A stretch of DNA of 64,000 nt, from IMG/VR virus record IMGVR_UViG_3300010429_000387, positions 192,001 through 256,000 of that record. One strand, 5' to 3'. Shown here in pieces: positions 19,725 through 29,344 of this stretch. The position numbers were made by a program, and so were the translations under genes. The notes under the pieces were generated by a model. That model was not told the DNA's origin and made no database searches. It saw only the letters and a program-made list of their open reading frames with translations. Position 1 is the first letter of the stretch. Each line of letters begins with the position of its first letter. The stretch is from a virus. Lineage: Duplodnaviria > Caudoviricetes.

Positions 19725-20842
19725 GCTACGACCGTCAGATTGACCAGTTGTGCCCCCACCTCGTTGTCGAGGAGTTCCTCTATCCGACAGACCGGATGCG
19801 GGTTATCCCCATGCGTCCCATCTCTGCCTCAAACTCAGTGGTCTTGCGGGTCGATGGCATGACCGAGGTCCCTTCCTATGGGGTGGACATCCCTGCAAGC
19901 TCAGGGGGGACGAGAGAAGGTCCATTCACCATCAAGTTGGGGGTGAATGACCTGATGCGGCTTCGGGTGAATAGCGGAGAGTGGCAGAGTGTTGTGATCC
20001 CCCCGTCAGTTCGTTTGTCAGCAAAAAGACTGGCGGACCTGATCTCAGCTCAGGTGTCTGGACTCAGCTTCTTTGCTGACGGGAACCTCGTCAAGTTCAA
20101 GACCAACCTGAGTGGGCGGGACAGCACTGTTTTCATCCACCAAGACAGCACCCTTGCGACTGCCCTGGGCATCAAGGTCAACCGAGAGTACCGAGGGAAG
20201 AGGACCTTCCCTGGATGGTCCCTGGTGAACTACCCGAATACGGTGAGCACTCGCCCTCTTCGGATGATTATCTTCGATGAGCCCCTCGCTGCTGACACCC
20301 ACTTTGTTGAGGTGAACTACACGACAGTCCGTGAGGAGTGCCGTAGGTGTGGCGGTCTTGGGATCGAGAACGACTGGCGCTACACAAATGGTGGGGATGT
20401 TGTCAAGTCCTCCAAAGAAGACCTGCTCATGCAGGAGCTTCAGAAGGTTCTGTACACCGTTCGAGGGTCAAACCCGTTCCACCCTTGGTATGGGACCACC
20501 ATCATCGAGCAGATCGGGCAGAAGCTCATCGTCGGGGGTCTCATCCAGAACAAGATCGTCTCCGACATTCAGACCACCTTCAGTCGGTGGCAGAGCATCA
20601 AGAAGCAGCAGGAGGACAACGTAGGGCAGCCCGTCTCGGACGAAGAGTTCCCCTTTCAGCTTCAGAGTGTCACCCTCGAACAGAGCCAGAAGGACCCCAC
20701 GGTGCTCTTCGTGAATGTTACCGTGCGAAATCGGTCCTTTCGACCGATCCAGTTCTCCCGAGGTCTTCGGATCCCACTCCCTCAGGACTTGCTTGGGTCA
20801 ACCCAACAGGACGCCATCACGAAGGCCGTCCGAAACTACTGA
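19721..20842 (+). CDS. Baseplate wedge / sheath initiator (gp25/gpW-like) with Cys/His motifs
   Basis: C-terminal LQKVLYTVRGSNPFHPWYGTTI is the gp25-type T..G.NPF.P.YG motif. Also CPH and CRRCGGLG; directly precedes the J-like gene. Confidence 0.75.
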   Translation: MSYDRQIDQLCPHLVVEEFLYPTDRMRVIPMRPISASNSVVLRVDGMTEVPSYGVDIPASSGGTREGPFTIKLGVNDLMRLRVNSGEWQSVVIPPSVRLSAKRLADLISAQVSGLSFFADGNLVKFKTNLSGRDSTVFIHQDSTLATALGIKVNREYRGKRTFPGWSLVNYPNTVSTRPLRMIIFDEPLAADTHFVEVNYTTVREECRRCGGLGIENDWRYTNGGDVVKSSKEDLLMQELQKVLYTVRGSNPFHPWYGTTIIEQIGQKLIVGGLIQNKIVSDIQTTFSRWQSIKKQQEDNVGQPVSDEEFPFQLQSVTLEQSQKDPTVLFVNVTVRNRSFRPIQFSRGLRIPLPQDLLGSTQQDAITKAVRNY

Positions 20843-20858
20843 TTGGGCTAGGTAAGAC

Positions 20859-23800
20859 ATGGCGACGGCACCCCAGATCAAGCTCCGTGACGGTTCTGGA
20901 TACACCCAGAACCTAGTCTTCACCACCAATCAAGAGGCTGTCACCATCGAGGGCAAGGTGGATGTGTCGGCCGCCGACATCCAGGTCTCTGTCAACGGAG
21001 GGGGCTTCGTCTCAGACCCGACCCTGGTGAAGTTCGACCTCCCCAACTTCGTCATCCCCAACCCCGACAACTACCCGGATGGACTCACTCTGGAGCCAGG
21101 GGTCAACCTCATCCTCATCCGAACCATCGACACGATTGGCGGGGTGAGTGGTGCCTCTTCAGCCAACATCACCAGAGTCAGGCAGTCAGATGTTCTTCAG
21201 GTGGTTACCCCCTCGGGCCTCAGGGTTCGTAGGCGTAGGAACTCGGTGGACATTCTCGCTGCCCTCCCAGCTCAGAGGTTCAGCACCACCGGGGCACCCC
21301 TCGACAGCAACTTCAGGGGTTTCAACTTCTACGCCTCTACTACCCCCGGTGGAACCAACGGGTACTACAAGATCAATGCCAAGCTGGTCTCCGCAAAGTC
21401 AACGATCTACGAAGAGAGTGCTCAGCTCATCTCTGCTGAGAGCACAACGTTCGGCAACAGCAACAAGAAGCAGCTCTCCCTCCGTCTGGTAGACCAGGAT
21501 GAGTTCGGGAATGACATCACCGTCCGCCTCGACCAGACCTACGATGTCTCCCTCTACAATGAGAGCCTACGCTTCAAGGCCAGCCTTGAGGACTACCATC
21601 TCATCGAGTTCATCTCGTTCACTCACGTCAGAACTGGGACCGCCTACAGCATCAATGACGATCAGTTTGCCAGCGTCCCGGATACACTGCCGATCTACTA
21701 TGTAGTTACCTCGGTCTACTACGATCCTGCTACTGGACAAGAGGTGGAGAGCGCCTACTCCCAGGAGGTCCTCGGGGCTCCGTTGGTCATCGACACGAAC
21801 CTTCGGGAACTCCCTGGGAGGAACCAGTTTCAGATTGTCACCGACTACGTGACCGCCATCCAGCGGGTCAACCAGGAAGTGAGCCTTGTCCCAGGGTCCA
21901 CGACCCGTGACGTGAGTATCGACCCATTCAGTTCTGAAGCCGAGCGTCTGTACTTCCTCTTGGACTTCGTCCACAAGTGCCAGAGCTTTCTGACTCTTCT
22001 TCAGCTCGACAATGCTAGCGGGAATGGGGTGTCAGACCCGGTTGCCAGCTCTGCCTACAAGAACGCTCTCAAGGCTGCCCTCGGATACAGCACCAACCAA
22101 GCTGTCCAGGCCCTCATTGATGCAGCCTTCGACAAGCTAGCCAGCAACGTCAACAAGAAGAGGCTCCCAGGCCGTCCTGCTGTGGGCCAGGCTGTCTTCT
22201 ACACCTCGACTCGGCCGACCTTCAACCTGACGGTGCCCTCTGGGACCATTGTCAGCACGAGTGCCGATTCCAGCCTTGGGATCCCCTCCGTTCGGTTCCG
22301 GGTTGGTGGGACCTACGTCCTCCCTGCTTCTCAGGCAGACGCCTACTACAACTTCGATACCAAGCGCTACGAGCTTGTGGTTGACATTGTAGCCGAGACC
22401 ATCGGGGCAGACGGGAACCGACCGGCGGGGCAGATCAAGACCTCCTCGGGTGTCTCTGGCTTCCAGGTTACCAACACTGAAGCCACGGTCTATGGTGCCG
22501 ACCAGGAGAGCAACGCAGACCTGGCAGCCAGGGCTCTCCTAGGGTTCGTCTCAGTCGATACTGGCACGGAGGGTGGTTACGCCTCCACCTCAGCCGAGCA
22601 GATCGGGGTCATCAAGGCCAAGGTCGTCAAGGGTGGGGACCCTCTGATGATGAGGGACTACGACCCGGTGCGGCACAAGCACATCGGTGGGAAGGTGGAC
22701 ATCTGGGTCCAGGGCCTTCGGGAACGTCAGGTCTCGGAGAAGTTCGCATTCACCTTCGAGGTGGCCCGAGACGTTCAGTGTCTCATCTTGGACGCTACAA
22801 ACCTCATCTTCCGGGTTCAGGACAGCCGGGTGACGGTAAACACCCCCCTCACTGAGCTTCTGGACAACGTAACCCAGGGCCTTGGAGTTCGTAACGTAAC
22901 CCAGGGCCTCGACTACACCCTCACTGGGGCTCAGATCCTCGACTACCAGACGTTCAAGCTCGACCCTACCATCTCGGGGCAGGTCGAAACGAACGTGGAT
23001 GATGTGGTGGCAGCGGATTACCGCTTCCGAGTGTTCAACCAGTTCCGGTTCTCCTTCCAGCCCGTTCGACGGGTGGTCTCTGTGGTGGGTGAGGTCTCGG
23101 GTGCCCTAAACTCCGTTGGGGGCTACGACCTCTACAAGACGGCCGATCCTCTTCTTGAGGGTGAGAGCACCATCTCCACAGACTACCTCTCGATCAATCA
23201 GGTTGGGGGTATTCCCTCCGGGGAGAGCCTCCTGGTCAACCATGAGGTTCACGTCCTCATTGGGTTCCAGGAGGAGCCTTTGGGGAGTATCGGGATCAAC
23301 ACGAAGACCATCAGGGTTTTCAACGAGGATCGTTCCATCGAGTATGACGGCCCGGACGCTACCCTCCCTGACTATGAGGTCATCGAGGGGACCCCAACCA
23401 CTCCCGTCCGGATTGTCAGGACCTCCACCTCGGACATCTCGAACGGCTCAACAGTGTCCGTGGACTACTCGCATGACGAGAACTTCACGGTCACTTACGT
23501 TATCAACGACCTTCTCCAGCAGCTTCAGCGGACCATCGACTCCCGCAAGCACGCCACGGCTGACGTGGTTGCCAAGCAGGCTATCCAGAACTCCCTGGAC
23601 ATCGAAACCACGGTCCAGCTCCTCTCAGGAGCCACCAAGGACAAGGTTGACCCTGCCATCCGGTCTGGGCTGAGCCTGGAGACGAACAAGCGCCTCATCG
23701 GGCAAGGGATTGCCCAGTCCGACGCCATTCACGCTATCGACGCCACCGAGGGGGTGGACTACCAGGTCATCCCGTTGGCGAAGATGGCCTATGCCGATGG

Positions 23801-24311
23801 GTCCAGGAAGCTCCGGGAGAGCCTCACCTCGGCCTACAAGGATTTGCCCTCCTTGGGGATAGGCGGGAACCTGGCCTACATCCTGACCACTGGCCTACAG
23901 TCACCTACAACCGATGGGGGTGGGTTGGCAACTGAGCACAAGGGGGTCTTCCAGGATGATGAGCCCATGACCCTGAGCACAACGCTCCTCGGGGTGGCTA
24001 CGCTGCCCAACCAGGCGTTCATCATTGGAGCCGCTGGGGCGGTCATTCCGGGCTACTCGGACCCCACCACGCTCATCTCCGAGGGCTTCGTGACCCCAGC
24101 CGACCAGCAAGCAGAGCTTCTCCGAAGGACGGCCAACCATGTCGTCATCTCCATCTCTGGGTCTGGTAGCCCCATCGACATCCCGACCAACCACATCTAC
24201 GCCGTGTCCTATATCGTTCGAGGTGATTCTGGCTCCAAGGACATCTCCTCCTCTGGGGTGGAGTTCATTGAGCTGGGGAACTTCACGATCACTTTCAGGG
24301 AGGCGAAGTAA
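20859..24311 (+). CDS. Baseplate J-like (T4 gp6) wedge protein, expanded
   Basis: PGSTTRDVSIDP, DKLASNVNKKRLPGRPAVGQAVF, VPSGTIVST, AETIGADGN, GADQESNADLAAR, GTEGGY and GGKVDIWVQG are baseplate-J signatures. Confidence 0.85.
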   Translation: MATAPQIKLRDGSGYTQNLVFTTNQEAVTIEGKVDVSAADIQVSVNGGGFVSDPTLVKFDLPNFVIPNPDNYPDGLTLEPGVNLILIRTIDTIGGVSGASSANITRVRQSDVLQVVTPSGLRVRRRRNSVDILAALPAQRFSTTGAPLDSNFRGFNFYASTTPGGTNGYYKINAKLVSAKSTIYEESAQLISAESTTFGNSNKKQLSLRLVDQDEFGNDITVRLDQTYDVSLYNESLRFKASLEDYHLIEFISFTHVRTGTAYSINDDQFASVPDTLPIYYVVTSVYYDPATGQEVESAYSQEVLGAPLVIDTNLRELPGRNQFQIVTDYVTAIQRVNQEVSLVPGSTTRDVSIDPFSSEAERLYFLLDFVHKCQSFLTLLQLDNASGNGVSDPVASSAYKNALKAALGYSTNQAVQALIDAAFDKLASNVNKKRLPGRPAVGQAVFYTSTRPTFNLTVPSGTIVSTSADSSLGIPSVRFRVGGTYVLPASQADAYYNFDTKRYELVVDIVAETIGADGNRPAGQIKTSSGVSGFQVTNTEATVYGADQESNADLAARALLGFVSVDTGTEGGYASTSAEQIGVIKAKVVKGGDPLMMRDYDPVRHKHIGGKVDIWVQGLRERQVSEKFAFTFEVARDVQCLILDATNLIFRVQDSRVTVNTPLTELLDNVTQGLGVRNVTQGLDYTLTGAQILDYQTFKLDPTISGQVETNVDDVVAADYRFRVFNQFRFSFQPVRRVVSVVGEVSGALNSVGGYDLYKTADPLLEGESTISTDYLSINQVGGIPSGESLLVNHEVHVLIGFQEEPLGSIGINTKTIRVFNEDRSIEYDGPDATLPDYEVIEGTPTTPVRIVRTSTSDISNGSTVSVDYSHDENFTVTYVINDLLQQLQRTIDSRKHATADVVAKQAIQNSLDIETTVQLLSGATKDKVDPAIRSGLSLETNKRLIGQGIAQSDAIHAIDATEGVDYQVIPLAKMAYADGSRKLRESLTSAYKDLPSLGIGGNLAYILTTGLQSPTTDGGGLATEHKGVFQDDEPMTLSTTLLGVATLPNQAFIIGAAGAVIPGYSDPTTLISEGFVTPADQQAELLRRTANHVVISISGSGSPIDIPTNHIYAVSYIVRGDSGSKDISSSGVEFIELGNFTITFREAK

Positions 24312-25127
24312 ATGCCTAGGTTCGTCAAGGAGGTGGATCGCCTCAACTACACGATCCAGCAGTCTGGCAAGGAGTACAACATCCGCCTTGCCAACCGCTC
24401 CCAGGTCATCTTCACCAACTTGATGAACCTTCTCCCGTCGAACTACATCTCGACGGTCCAGGGGCCTAGCTACACGCTTGAGCTGAAAGCTGTGGCAGTT
24501 GAACTTGCCAAGCTGGAGCTTGCCCTAGAAGATGTTGAATTTGATAGTGATTTCAAGGGTACACGCTCTGACTTCATCTATAGCCTCATTGGCTACATGG
24601 TGTTCTTGAACGGCAAGCTGCCGTCCACCACGTTTGATGACCAGGAGTTCAAGACCTTCCTGTTGAACGTCATCCGGATCTACTTCCAGGGATCCGTCCC
24701 AGCCTCTATTCGAGAGGGAGTTCAGCTCTTCGTCTCTGGTACTGTTACAGTGACAGAGAACTTTCTCTTGGTCCGAGAGGGTGCTTCTGGCTACGACATC
24801 TCGGACCAGTTCGGTTTTCAAATCTCAATCGACAGCCTGGAGAACACGTTTCCTCCAGACATCTTCGCTGTTGACTCCAACATCCGTTTGATCCTCAACA
24901 TCATTCGGCCCGCCCACACCTTGTTCACGATCAGGTACGTGTTTCGAGACAAGTACGAGCCGAACAAGGACCAGGGTGGCAGGGTTCTTGACGCTCTTCG
25001 TTGGAGGTTGTCGAACTACTACTACGAGGACTTCCGAGGGTACGTCCGTGGCCTGAAAGACAAGGACCGCCTCGGTGTGAAGACGAACCAGCCGGTCTCC
25101 GGCGAGGATCATTCGATGGATTTCTAG
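24312..25127 (+). CDS. Baseplate wedge protein (gpI/gp7-like)
   Basis: LLPSNY near the N-terminus, YFQGSVPASIREGV and ILNIIRPAHT (typical gpI-like PAH motif). Starts immediately after the J stop. Confidence 0.7.
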   Translation: MPRFVKEVDRLNYTIQQSGKEYNIRLANRSQVIFTNLMNLLPSNYISTVQGPSYTLELKAVAVELAKLELALEDVEFDSDFKGTRSDFIYSLIGYMVFLNGKLPSTTFDDQEFKTFLLNVIRIYFQGSVPASIREGVQLFVSGTVTVTENFLLVREGASGYDISDQFGFQISIDSLENTFPPDIFAVDSNIRLILNIIRPAHTLFTIRYVFRDKYEPNKDQGGRVLDALRWRLSNYYYEDFRGYVRGLKDKDRLGVKTNQPVSGEDHSMDF

Positions 25128-25131
25128 CTGG

Positions 25132-25143
25132 GGAACTACTTAT
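25132..25143 (+). promoter_or_regulatory. Candidate late promoter GG-N7-TAT (GGAACTACTTAT)
   Basis: One of four same-spaced intergenic copies; overlaps an 8-bp inverted repeat. Confidence 0.4.
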
Positions 25144-25171
25144 CCCCAGCACCCCTACGGAGGAACCACTC

Positions 25172-25708
25172 ATGCTCATCCAGGTCAGCGATATCACCGG
25201 TCCCAGGGCTCGGGCCACCATCACTCATGCTCGTGCCTACGACTATGACGAGAAGCGGGGCATCTGGCTCACGAAGGTCATTGACGAGCAGGAATCCCAC
25301 AACATCGTCACGGATGCTGGCCGACGCAGGATCCACACCTACCTCTATGGTGTTGGGTCTCAGCGCTCTGGTCTCGGTGGCGGGCTCAACTACATCGCCC
25401 TCTCGAACGATGCCACGGCCCCAGCAGCGAACGACACTGTCCTCGCTGGGGAGATCCTGGAAGGGGTCGCAACAGCAGGTCTGGCTCGCTCTCTGGCAAC
25501 CGTGACCCTGCCAACGGGCTCGGGAACCCAGACCGTGATTCAGAAGATTTTCACGTACACTGGCGTTCCAGGCCCTCAGGGAGTCCAGAAGACGGCCCTC
25601 TTTGATGATGCCACTACTGGTGCGATGGCTCATGAGATCCAGTTCGCCCCGAGGACTCTCTTCACCAACGACACCCTGACTGTCACGTTCGCCATCACCC
25701 TAGCGTGA
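25172..25708 (+). CDS. Tail fibre attachment/adaptor-like protein
   Basis: Start reassigned to ATG 25172 (SD GGAGG at 25159). HNIVTDAGR...YIALSND.TAP...DTVLAGEI...TALFDDATTGAM...DTLTVTFAITL resembles phage tail-collar/fibre N-terminal domains. Confidence 0.6.
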   Translation: MLIQVSDITGPRARATITHARAYDYDEKRGIWLTKVIDEQESHNIVTDAGRRRIHTYLYGVGSQRSGLGGGLNYIALSNDATAPAANDTVLAGEILEGVATAGLARSLATVTLPTGSGTQTVIQKIFTYTGVPGPQGVQKTALFDDATTGAMAHEIQFAPRTLFTNDTLTVTFAITLA

Positions 25709-25736
25709 GGGCACTTCTGGATGAATGGAGTGCTAA

Positions 25737-26903
25737 ATGGGCGTAGCGACTTGCCAGTTCACACAAGGGAGTAGTGTAGGCGGGAGCGGGAAATCAGTTT
25801 TCGGCTTCCAGTCTGGCGTTTCCGTCACCATGACGGATGACGGTGGCCCAGGTGCGACCTCGTACCAGTGGGAACTCCTTTCGTGGCCTGCTCCACTCGC
25901 TGTCCCCCCAGTCATCACTGACGAAACCCTTCAGGTGGCGACCATCACGCCAACCCTGGATGGGGTCTACATCGTCAAGCTGACAAGGACCGAAGGTGCC
26001 ACGGTCACCACCGACTACAAGTTCTTCGGGGTGGCTGACGAAGACGGACTGACTCTGCCCTCAGCGGGTCAGTCCGGGCACATGACCAACCAGACCACGG
26101 AGACACAGAAGACTGGGTGGGCTGGTAGGGCCAATGCCACTACGAACTTCCAACTCGATGCTTACCTCCGGTTCCTCAAGTCTCGGGTTGGAAGGTATGT
26201 AGGGCACACTCTAGTCATCCCGCACACTGGAACCCACACGACGGTTCAGGTCCAGGATGGGGTGAGTAAGCCCTTCCGGATCATCACGGCCTCGGGAGGC
26301 TCTGGGCTCTACACTGAGGAGCTGGTGATCCCAGCTACCGAGGGGCAGCGGATCCGCTATCTTGTGAGCCTCACAACGGGAGCGGGTGGGGTCAGGATGC
26401 TGAACGGGGTTGGTGGGTCCATAGTCCTGGACCTCCCGGCCCCTCCTTCGGGGACAGTCACCTATGAGGCTGAGTTCGTCTCCGATGGGACCAACTGGAA
26501 CCTCTCCCGAAGCACGGTTGTTGGTCAGAAGTCTCAGTTTCGTAGCCGGGACATCGACTTCGTGGCTGGCCTCAAGACGACCGATCAGACGATCCCGACC
26601 CGAATAGGTTCCGCTCGGATCAACACCAGTGACTTCCCTGACAACACGGAGTTCCGCTTCGTTGTTCAGATTGAGGTCACTGTGGGCCGAAGAGCCTACA
26701 TTCAGGTGTACGACCTGACCGGAGGGGACTACGTTGGCACGTCCCTGACTACGAACATCGAGACTCCAACTCAACTGGAGCAGGTCCTTTCACTCCCTTC
26801 TGGCACGAGGGACTATGAGGTCCTGCTCTGGCAAGGTTCCCCTGGTGGCCCCGCTGACAGGGTAACGTGTACCAGTGCCAAGATTGTAGCAAAGTGGGGC
26901 TGA
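25737..26903 (+). CDS. Putative fibre protein with N-terminal PKD/Ig-like domain
   Basis: ATSYQWELLSWP...ATITPTLDGVYIVKLT is PKD-like. It precedes the paralog array. Confidence 0.5.
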   Translation: MGVATCQFTQGSSVGGSGKSVFGFQSGVSVTMTDDGGPGATSYQWELLSWPAPLAVPPVITDETLQVATITPTLDGVYIVKLTRTEGATVTTDYKFFGVADEDGLTLPSAGQSGHMTNQTTETQKTGWAGRANATTNFQLDAYLRFLKSRVGRYVGHTLVIPHTGTHTTVQVQDGVSKPFRIITASGGSGLYTEELVIPATEGQRIRYLVSLTTGAGGVRMLNGVGGSIVLDLPAPPSGTVTYEAEFVSDGTNWNLSRSTVVGQKSQFRSRDIDFVAGLKTTDQTIPTRIGSARINTSDFPDNTEFRFVVQIEVTVGRRAYIQVYDLTGGDYVGTSLTTNIETPTQLEQVLSLPSGTRDYEVLLWQGSPGGPADRVTCTSAKIVAKWG

Positions 26904-26904
26904 T

Positions 26905-28116
26905 ATGGGCGGAACACTCAGAGGCAAGATTGACTGCTACAACAACTCGTTGAATCACTTCACGAACGCCCAAGAGGTCTTCAAGTGCCTCTACGACTTC
27001 CTGAAGTCTCACCCGAACATGACCGAGATCGCTCGGAACGGTGGGGGTGGAGGGTCGGCTGCAAGCGTTGATTTCTGGGATGGGTCCAACCCATTCAGGT
27101 ACAACGCCTGGTACGTGTTCCGGATGAACGATGCCACCCTAGAGTCTGGGGCGGCTAACCCTACCGGGTACAGCGGCCCGAGGACCTTCCCTTGGTACAT
27201 CTACGTCCAGTGGCTTCGTGGTGACTACACTCAGGACTGGAATGCCTCCCCGGCCACTCCATCTTACTTCGAGAACTACAACAATATCGCCTATTCGGGA
27301 GGGGTGGTAGGGGTCCAGTTCTGCATCCCTGTGGGTACAATAGCTGGAACGAGCGAGATGCCCTGGAACGGAGGCGGGACCTTTGGGGCAAACACCAAGG
27401 GGACTCCGGTTTGGAGGTCAACAGCGGGGACTCCCACAGGCTTCCAAGGCTCCTTCGTCTTCCCCAGGACAAACAACGTGGGTGGTTCCTTCGCTAGCTC
27501 CAGGCAGAGTTGCTCGAATGTCGTTTACTTCAACAACACTGGAACAACACCTGGTCGATGTCACTTCCTGGCCGATGATGACAGCCTGATCATTCTGACC
27601 AACGTCGGGGACAACGCCAACGACTGGACTCTCAACTACTTCGGGCTCTACAACGTTCGCCCTGGGATCACCATCAACTACCCGATGGTTCACATCCAAA
27701 GCGGGCTACCCCTTGGGGTAGCTAACACGACTTTTGGGCCAACAGGTGGGGCCTATCCAGGAGGTGGGTTCCCCGTGAATGCTGTTGCCACTGATGGTGT
27801 TCGTGGGCTGATTGTCTCCCGGTACGATGAGTTCTTCAATCAGTATTCCAGCCCGAACAAGATGTTTGCTTCGGAGCAGTACGATGAGTGGAAGATCCCT
27901 GTTGGGCTCTATGAGTACCCTAGCTACTATGGGTATGCTGGGGAGATAGACCTCCTGAGGGAGGTCTACAACTGGTCTCCGAATGATGCCAACATTGGAC
28001 GCACAAGGCTGGCAATTGGAACGAACACCCCTCAGGGTGTCAAGCTGACGATCCCCTGGAATGGTTCGACGATCCCAAGGTCGAACTTCACCCGAGCTGG
28101 GATCACCTTCCCTTGA
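26905..28116 (+). CDS. Paralog array member 1, putative receptor-binding/virion protein
   Basis: Shares GKI(D/E)C, LYDFL, AWYVF, PWNG, KG.PVW, VFPR.NN.GG, Y.G.ID motifs with the next four genes. Confidence 0.6.
   Translation: MGGTLRGKIDCYNNSLNHFTNAQEVFKCLYDFLKSHPNMTEIARNGGGGGSAASVDFWDGSNPFRYNAWYVFRMNDATLESGAANPTGYSGPRTFPWYIYVQWLRGDYTQDWNASPATPSYFENYNNIAYSGGVVGVQFCIPVGTIAGTSEMPWNGGGTFGANTKGTPVWRSTAGTPTGFQGSFVFPRTNNVGGSFASSRQSCSNVVYFNNTGTTPGRCHFLADDDSLIILTNVGDNANDWTLNYFGLYNVRPGITINYPMVHIQSGLPLGVANTTFGPTGGAYPGGGFPVNAVATDGVRGLIVSRYDEFFNQYSSPNKMFASEQYDEWKIPVGLYEYPSYYGYAGEIDLLREVYNWSPNDANIGRTRLAIGTNTPQGVKLTIPWNGSTIPRSNFTRAGITFP
27148..27211 (+). repeat. 64-bp exact direct repeat, second copy at 28369..28432
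   Basis: GGGGCGGCTAACCCTACC...CATCTACGTCCAGT is identical in paralogs 1 and 2. Confidence 0.9.
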
Positions 28117-28125
28117 GAGGCTGAC

Positions 28126-29334
28126 ATGGGCGGAACACTCAGAGGCAAGATTGACTGCTACTCCAACTCGGGGTCCCAGTACACCAACCCTCAGGCGGTA
28201 TTCAAGGGACTCTACGACTTCCTGAAGTCTCACCCGAACATGACCGAGATCGCTCGTCATGGTGGGAGTGGAGGGTCAGCCTCGAACATCAACTACTACG
28301 ATGAGGCCAATCCGTTCAACCACCAAGCCTGGTACGTGTTCCGGATGAACGACGCCACGTTGGAGTCGGGGGCGGCTAACCCTACCGGGTACAGCGGCCC
28401 GAGGACCTTCCCTTGGTACATCTACGTCCAGTTCAGTCGAGGAGACGTGGGGCAGGACTGGAACGCCTCCCCAGCCAACCCTTCATACTATGAGGCTCAA
28501 ACTGGAACCTACTGGAACGCAGGGATTGTGGGGGTTCAGTTCTGCATCCCAGTGGGGACGATAGCTGGAACGAGTGAGGCTCCTTGGAACGGTGGTGGAA
28601 CCCTCGGGACGAACACCAAGGGTTCCCCAGTTTGGAGAACCACAGCAGGGACCCCTACAGGGTTCCAAGGGTCCTTTGTTTTCCCTCGGTCCAACAGTCC
28701 TGGAGGGTCCCACTCATCTGCTCGGCAAAACTGCTCCAATATCGTGAACATCAACGGATACGGGGGTCCAGTTAGGTACAGTTTCATTGCTGATGACGAT
28801 AGTTTGGTCATCCTCACCAATGTAGGAGATGATGCCAACACCTGGACCATGAACTACTTTGGGTTGTACACTCCCAGGACCGGCCTGACCATCAACTACC
28901 CGATGGTCTACTTGCAGTGGACCCTCCCACTTGCGGTAGGGAACACGGTCTATGGGTCTACTGGAGGAGCCTACCCAGGAGGGGGGATCCCTCTGAATGC
29001 TGTTGCCACTGACGGTGTTCGCCAGGTGATCATCTCCCGGTATAATGAGTTCTTCAACCAGTATTCCAGCCCGAACAAGATGTTCGCCACCGAGAAGTAC
29101 GATGAGTTCCGGATCCCGGTCATCGTGTATGAGTCCCCGACCTTCTTTGGGTATGCCGGTGACATCGACTTCATTCGAGAGGTCTACAACTGGTCCCCGA
29201 ATGACATGACTACGGGAAGGCTACGGGCAGCTTGGGGGACCAACACTCCCTTTGGGATCAAGCTGACCACTCCTTGGAATGGGGTCACTTCCCCAAGGTC
29301 AACCTTCACCCGAGCCGGGGTCACCTTCCCGTGA
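28126..29334 (+). CDS. Paralog array member 2
   Basis: Closest to member 1; identical N-terminus MGGTLRGKIDCY and long identical DNA blocks. Confidence 0.6.
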   Translation: MGGTLRGKIDCYSNSGSQYTNPQAVFKGLYDFLKSHPNMTEIARHGGSGGSASNINYYDEANPFNHQAWYVFRMNDATLESGAANPTGYSGPRTFPWYIYVQFSRGDVGQDWNASPANPSYYEAQTGTYWNAGIVGVQFCIPVGTIAGTSEAPWNGGGTLGTNTKGSPVWRTTAGTPTGFQGSFVFPRSNSPGGSHSSARQNCSNIVNINGYGGPVRYSFIADDDSLVILTNVGDDANTWTMNYFGLYTPRTGLTINYPMVYLQWTLPLAVGNTVYGSTGGAYPGGGIPLNAVATDGVRQVIISRYNEFFNQYSSPNKMFATEKYDEFRIPVIVYESPTFFGYAGDIDFIREVYNWSPNDMTTGRLRAAWGTNTPFGIKLTTPWNGVTSPRSTFTRAGVTFP

Positions 29335-29344
29335 GAGGTCGCTG

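Noticed and set aside
22866-22909. 17-bp direct repeat AACGTAACCCAGGGCCT in baseplate J
   Set aside because: Only two in-frame copies (NVTQGL x2); a local micro-duplication, not CRISPR or an att site.
895-25127. Bacterial T6SS or eCIS rather than phage
   Set aside because: No Tss membrane complex, ClpV or Afp15-like ATPase in view. The tape measure, huge fibre set, holin-like gene and restriction-site avoidance favour a phage, though head genes are outside the window so this is not fully excluded.
25127-25150. Rho-independent terminator
   Set aside because: The hairpin lacks a following U-tract; kept only as a possible regulatory hairpin.
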